A stretch of DNA of 32,000 nucleotides from Nostoc sp. PCC 7120 = FACHB-418. Its GTDB lineage: Bacteria > Cyanobacteriota > Cyanobacteriia > Cyanobacteriales > Nostocaceae. Below are positions 28,893-32,000 of the stretch, one piece after another. Position numbers and translations under genes: made by a program. Below the pieces are notes generated by a model that was not told the origin of the DNA, searched no databases, and saw only the letters and a list, made by a program, of their open reading frames with translations. Positions within the stretch are counted from its first letter, which is position 1, and each line of letters begins with the position of its first letter. The stretch spans positions 4,140,001 to 4,172,000 of the forward strand of contig NC_003272.1 in assembly GCF_000009705.1 (NCBI RefSeq), given 5' to 3'.

Positions 28893-28932
28893 AAAAAAAT
28901 TCCCGTCATCAACAGTAGTGACAACGGGAATT
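28893..28932 (-). terminator. Rho-independent terminator of the 28951-30225 gene
   Basis: 9-bp perfect stem AATTCCCGT (28898-28906) / ACGGGAATT (28924-28932). On the minus strand it is followed by a U-run (the plus-strand A7 at 28893-28899). It ends 18 nt after the stop. Confidence 0.7.
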
Positions 28933-28950
28933 CGTCATATTTACTGCCCA

Positions 28951-30225
28951 CTAGCGGGAAGCAACCTGTGGCCCTGCCCAGACTTGTGTCAGCTTATCAC
29001 CATAAGTAATTGGCTGGTCTGCATCCGTTGTGGCTGCTGTTTTACCGTCAATAGCAACTTTGACTAAAGGCCATTCTTCCTCACCCATTTCGCCAGCACG
29101 GAAGATTACATGATCTGGGTCGTTTTTACTCCAGCCTAATAACACAGCAATTTTTTCATGCTCATTTACCTCTTGAGCGGGAGCAACTGTATTAGTTTGA
29201 TTCTTTTGCAGATCCCAAATTACAGCTTGATCTGTCGAATCCCCGGTGTTGAATATACCTTCAAACTTGCGTGCTAAAAAGCGATCGCTTTTTTCTGACC
29301 AACTCACAGGCACTAAAACCCCTATTTTGCCATCGTTGTCAGCTGGTTCTGCTGATACTTGCTGTGTAGCTAATAAAGGATCATTGGTAATAGTAGTGGC
29401 AGCCATCACCCGTAATTTCTTTGTTTGTCTATCTTCTACAAACAAAACACTATTCACTTTAGTGTTGTGCATTTCGGGTTTAACTTCAATTTGTACTCGA
29501 CTATAAACAGCATACTTGCCATCAGGAGAAACTACAGGCACACTGCGGTAGTAACGCACTCCCGAACCACCTCTAGAACCCATAGCTTCTTGAGTTGACA
29601 AAATCCATTGCCAAGGAATTGGATGAGGGCTACCAATGGGATCTGCTTGTGCCTCTGCTCCCTCTTGGGGTTCCTCAAAAGATATATCTGGGGTGGAGGT
29701 TGGTGTTGATGGTTTCAGGCTGGATGCAGCTTGACTCGCAACTAATGAATGAGCTTCAGACACTGCATTCAAAATCGCTTGGTCTTTTTGTTTGAGAAGT
29801 TGAACATCTGATTTTTCACTCACAGGTAACTCTGTCGTTGGTGCGAGTTCAACTGCTGCTAGGAGTTTGTTTGTATGCGAGTATTTTTTCGCTACTAGAG
29901 ACTCTAGGTTGTCGGCTGGTAATATTTGTGGTTTCTCGTCAACCACTAGTTCCTGTGGAAAACCTGCAAGTTCTCCCATTCTGGAGTTGACTTGACTTGC
30001 TGTTAAGACTTCCGCCAAATTTTGTTCACTAATAACAGCCGCTTCCTTTGGTACAGCGTCAGGTGTCTCTGTTTCCGTACTGATTTTAGCGATCGCTTTC
30101 GATGGCTTTGCTGAACTAGAATGACCTGATGCTGCCACTAAGGGAGCAATTAACATGATAACAACAACATAATTAAGAAATGGTTGCACGCGGAACCATC
30201 CTGACAGCAAGAGGGGTTTAAGCAT
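28951..30225 (-). CDS. membrane-anchored or secreted hypothetical protein
   Basis: The ATG at 30225 (MLKPLLLSGWF...VVVIMLIAPLVAASG, signal/anchor) is preferred over the TTG at 30267. A Ser/Thr/Pro/Glu-rich linker precedes a C-terminal domain of about 230 aa. No family recognised. Confidence 0.6.
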   Translation of the reverse strand: MLKPLLLSGWFRVQPFLNYVVVIMLIAPLVAASGHSSSAKPSKAIAKISTETETPDAVPKEAAVISEQNLAEVLTASQVNSRMGELAGFPQELVVDEKPQILPADNLESLVAKKYSHTNKLLAAVELAPTTELPVSEKSDVQLLKQKDQAILNAVSEAHSLVASQAASSLKPSTPTSTPDISFEEPQEGAEAQADPIGSPHPIPWQWILSTQEAMGSRGGSGVRYYRSVPVVSPDGKYAVYSRVQIEVKPEMHNTKVNSVLFVEDRQTKKLRVMAATTITNDPLLATQQVSAEPADNDGKIGVLVPVSWSEKSDRFLARKFEGIFNTGDSTDQAVIWDLQKNQTNTVAPAQEVNEHEKIAVLLGWSKNDPDHVIFRAGEMGEEEWPLVKVAIDGKTAATTDADQPITYGDKLTQVWAGPQVASR

Positions 30226-31022
30226 GGGTGGGACTCTCCAGAGGGGCGGTTGCTGTATGAGGCGCAAGTTTATTCGACTAAGGAAGCAGGCTGTTGATTA
30301 CAGGTATAACAACAAACTCAAGGATTTAACTAGATTAAATGAGATTATTTTTTTAAATTTGCAGATTTTTACAAAAGTACAGTTTCATTCTTTACACCTT
30401 GTAATTCAAAGTATCGGTTATTACTGAAAAATGCCAACAAAAAACATCAGCAGATTTACTGCCGATTTATTACTTAAAATAGGGATTTTCTACTCTTCAA
30501 ACAAAGAGCATTGAAGGGATAATCTGAGCCACAGATTTCTGATAGCCCAAAACATAAACGATAGCTGGACTGTCCGGTTAGCGTGATTAACAGCGAAGCA
30601 TAAAAAATTACTCTGTTGATATTCAGCTACAACAGTACAGACCCTGATAATGGTTTAAGTGAGGCGTTACTTTGAAAATTGGGAAAGCTGACGCACAAGA
30701 TATATTACCCGAAAAACCACATTATCATCTACCCTTAGGTAGAAATTAATATTGGGTTTTTGAGTAACTTCGCTACAATCTTAGCTAAATAGCTGAGAAA
30801 ATAGCCACAGAAATTTGCTTGGTAGACGTAGCTAAATAATTAAAGTCACTAGCTCCACAGACAGTTATTAGCCATCTAGATGCTGGTTAACTTAGTCACA
30901 AGTTTACCAAGAAAATCTTAGTTTTGCCACCGTATATTCAATTATTCGTTGCCAATAAAAAGTGCATATTGGGTAATGAGAAGTGGTGAGGACAAGAAGT
31001 AGGGGAGCGAAGGGAAAAGATA

Positions 31023-31057
31023 TACTGGCAACTGACCACTGGCAACTGACCACTGAT
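31023..31057 (+). repeat. STRR-type heptamer tandem repeat (ACTGGCA ACTGACC, x2.5)
   Basis: The 14-mer ACTGGCAACTGACC occurs at 31023-31036 and 31037-31050, followed by a partial unit. The repeat ends 9 nt before the ATG at 31066. Confidence 0.8.
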
Positions 31058-31072
31058 TAATAACTAATGAAA

Positions 31073-32000
31073 ATTGTATTTTTTGGTACACCTGAATTTG
31101 CTGTTCCTACTTTAGAAAAATTGCTAATTAACCCTGAATTTGATGTTTTAGCCGTTATTACTCAACCGGATAAACGTCGGGAACGTGGGAATAAATTAAC
31201 ACCTTCGCCTGTAAAAAATGTGGCGATGTCCTACAGTCAGTGGGAGAACATCGCTCATGATTTACCAGTATGGCAACCGGAAAGGATAAAAAAAGATACT
31301 GAAACTTTGAATAGACTTAAGGAATTAGACGTAGATGCCTTTGTTGTGGTGGCCTATGGGCAAATTTTGCCACAAAAAATCCTTAATATACCGAAATTGG
31401 GTTCCGTGAACGTACATGGGTCGATTTTGCCCCAGTACCGAGGTGCTGCACCTATTCAATGGTGTTTGTATAACGGGGAAACAGAAACGGGGATCACGAC
31501 AATGTTAATGGATGTCGGTATGGATACTGGGGCAATGCTACTGAAAGCAACCACACCCATAGGCTTGCTCGATAATGCTGATGATGTAGCCCAGAAACTA
31601 TCTGTGATTGGTGGAGATTTATTAATAGAAACCTTACACAAGCTACAGCAAAAGGAGATTCAACCAATCCCGCAAGATAATGCTGCTGCGACTTATGCTT
31701 CTTTAATTCAAAAGCAAGATTATGGTTTAGATTGGTCAAGGAGTGCGCTGCAACTGCACAATCAAATTAGAGGATTTTACCCAAATTGTATAACTACCTT
31801 CCGTAACCAACCTCTGAAGATTACAGCCTCCTTTCCCCTTGGTGCTGCTTACCGTGAGGAACTACCACCAGAATTACAGAAAATGTTGCAAAAATTGCCT
31901 GATTTATCACAGATATCGGGTAGCCCAGGAGAAGTAGTCAGCATAACCAAGGGAGTTGGTGCGATCGCTCAAACTGGCGAAGGACTTTTACTTTTACGAG
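31073..32000 (+). CDS. fmt: methionyl-tRNA formyltransferase, 3' end cut by window edge; 5' end anomalous
   Basis: Absent from the ORF track because it runs off the window. The frame reads (L/M)[17 protein letters not shown]...[19 protein letters not shown]...[14 protein letters not shown]...[17 protein letters not shown], which is canonical Fmt. The only in-frame start after the stop at 31067-31069 is the TTG at 31073. The expected ATG at 31066 is one frame off. Confidence 0.85.
   Translation, partial: MVFFGTPEFAVPTLEKLLINPEFDVLAVITQPDKRRERGNKLTPSPVKNVAMSYSQWENIAHDLPVWQPERIKKDTETLNRLKELDVDAFVVVAYGQILPQKILNIPKLGSVNVHGSILPQYRGAAPIQWCLYNGETETGITTMLMDVGMDTGAMLLKATTPIGLLDNADDVAQKLSVIGGDLLIETLHKLQQKEIQPIPQDNAAATYASLIQKQDYGLDWSRSALQLHNQIRGFYPNCITTFRNQPLKITASFPLGAAYREELPPELQKMLQKLPDLSQISGSPGEVVSITKGVGAIAQTGEGLLLLR
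31228..31251 (+). other. 24-nt in-frame insertion inside fmt that splits a HIP1 octamer
   Basis: GCGAT(31223-31227)-[gtcctacagtcagtgggagaacat]-CGC(31252-31254). Removing the 24 nt gives GTGGCGATCGCTCATGAT (VAIAHD) and restores both an intact GCGATCGC and the E. coli Fmt spacing between SPVK and LPV. Confidence 0.6.

Noticed and set aside
30764-30776. NtcA-like box GTA-N-TAC in the fmt upstream region
   Set aside because: The spacing is 7 nt, not the 8 nt of the GTAN8TAC consensus, and no convincing -10 element follows at the right distance.

Overview
This window looks like a chromosomal segment of a filamentous, Nostoc/Anabaena-type cyanobacterium. By eye I counted at least 34 perfect copies of the HIP1 octamer GCGATCGC, where about 0.5 would be expected by chance. 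There are also STRR-like heptamer tandem repeats, a Uma2 nuclease gene, chlB, and a homogentisate phytyltransferase gene. Most of the window is housekeeping: uppS (partial), chlB, a PAS hybrid histidine kinase, fused pabAB, holA, HPT, cobA-hemD, a DUF1537-type kinase, minCDE, a MAPEG protein and fmt (partial). I found no rRNA, tRNA, CRISPR array, transposase or integrase.

Two accessory modules stand out:
- **Conflict-type islet (1511-7163), between uppS/di-iron protein and chlB.** It holds an AT-rich stand-alone AbiJ-like HEPN gene, a Uma2 endonuclease, a mini LMW-PTP flanked by direct repeats, an HTH-NB-ARC-TPR STAND NTPase, and a tightly coupled GIY-YIG nuclease plus RHH-like small protein.
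- **RecQ-like helicase fused to a ComF-type PRTase domain, followed 6 nt later by a DprA/Smf-like protein (20341-23691).** This is a PsyrTA/RqlHI-like architecture. It sits inside the only long HIP1-free stretch of the window (about 4.3 kb).

Smaller observations:
- A motif shared by three intergenic regions of the islet.
- A hairpin flanked by 11-nt direct repeats downstream of chlB.
- A 24-nt in-frame insertion that splits a HIP1 site inside fmt.
- A T7 run that puts the canonical fmt ATG out of frame.
- A long hairpin after the LuxR-type gene.
- An ORF-free region of about 0.8 kb upstream of fmt.

All family assignments come from motif reading of the translations. No database search was run.
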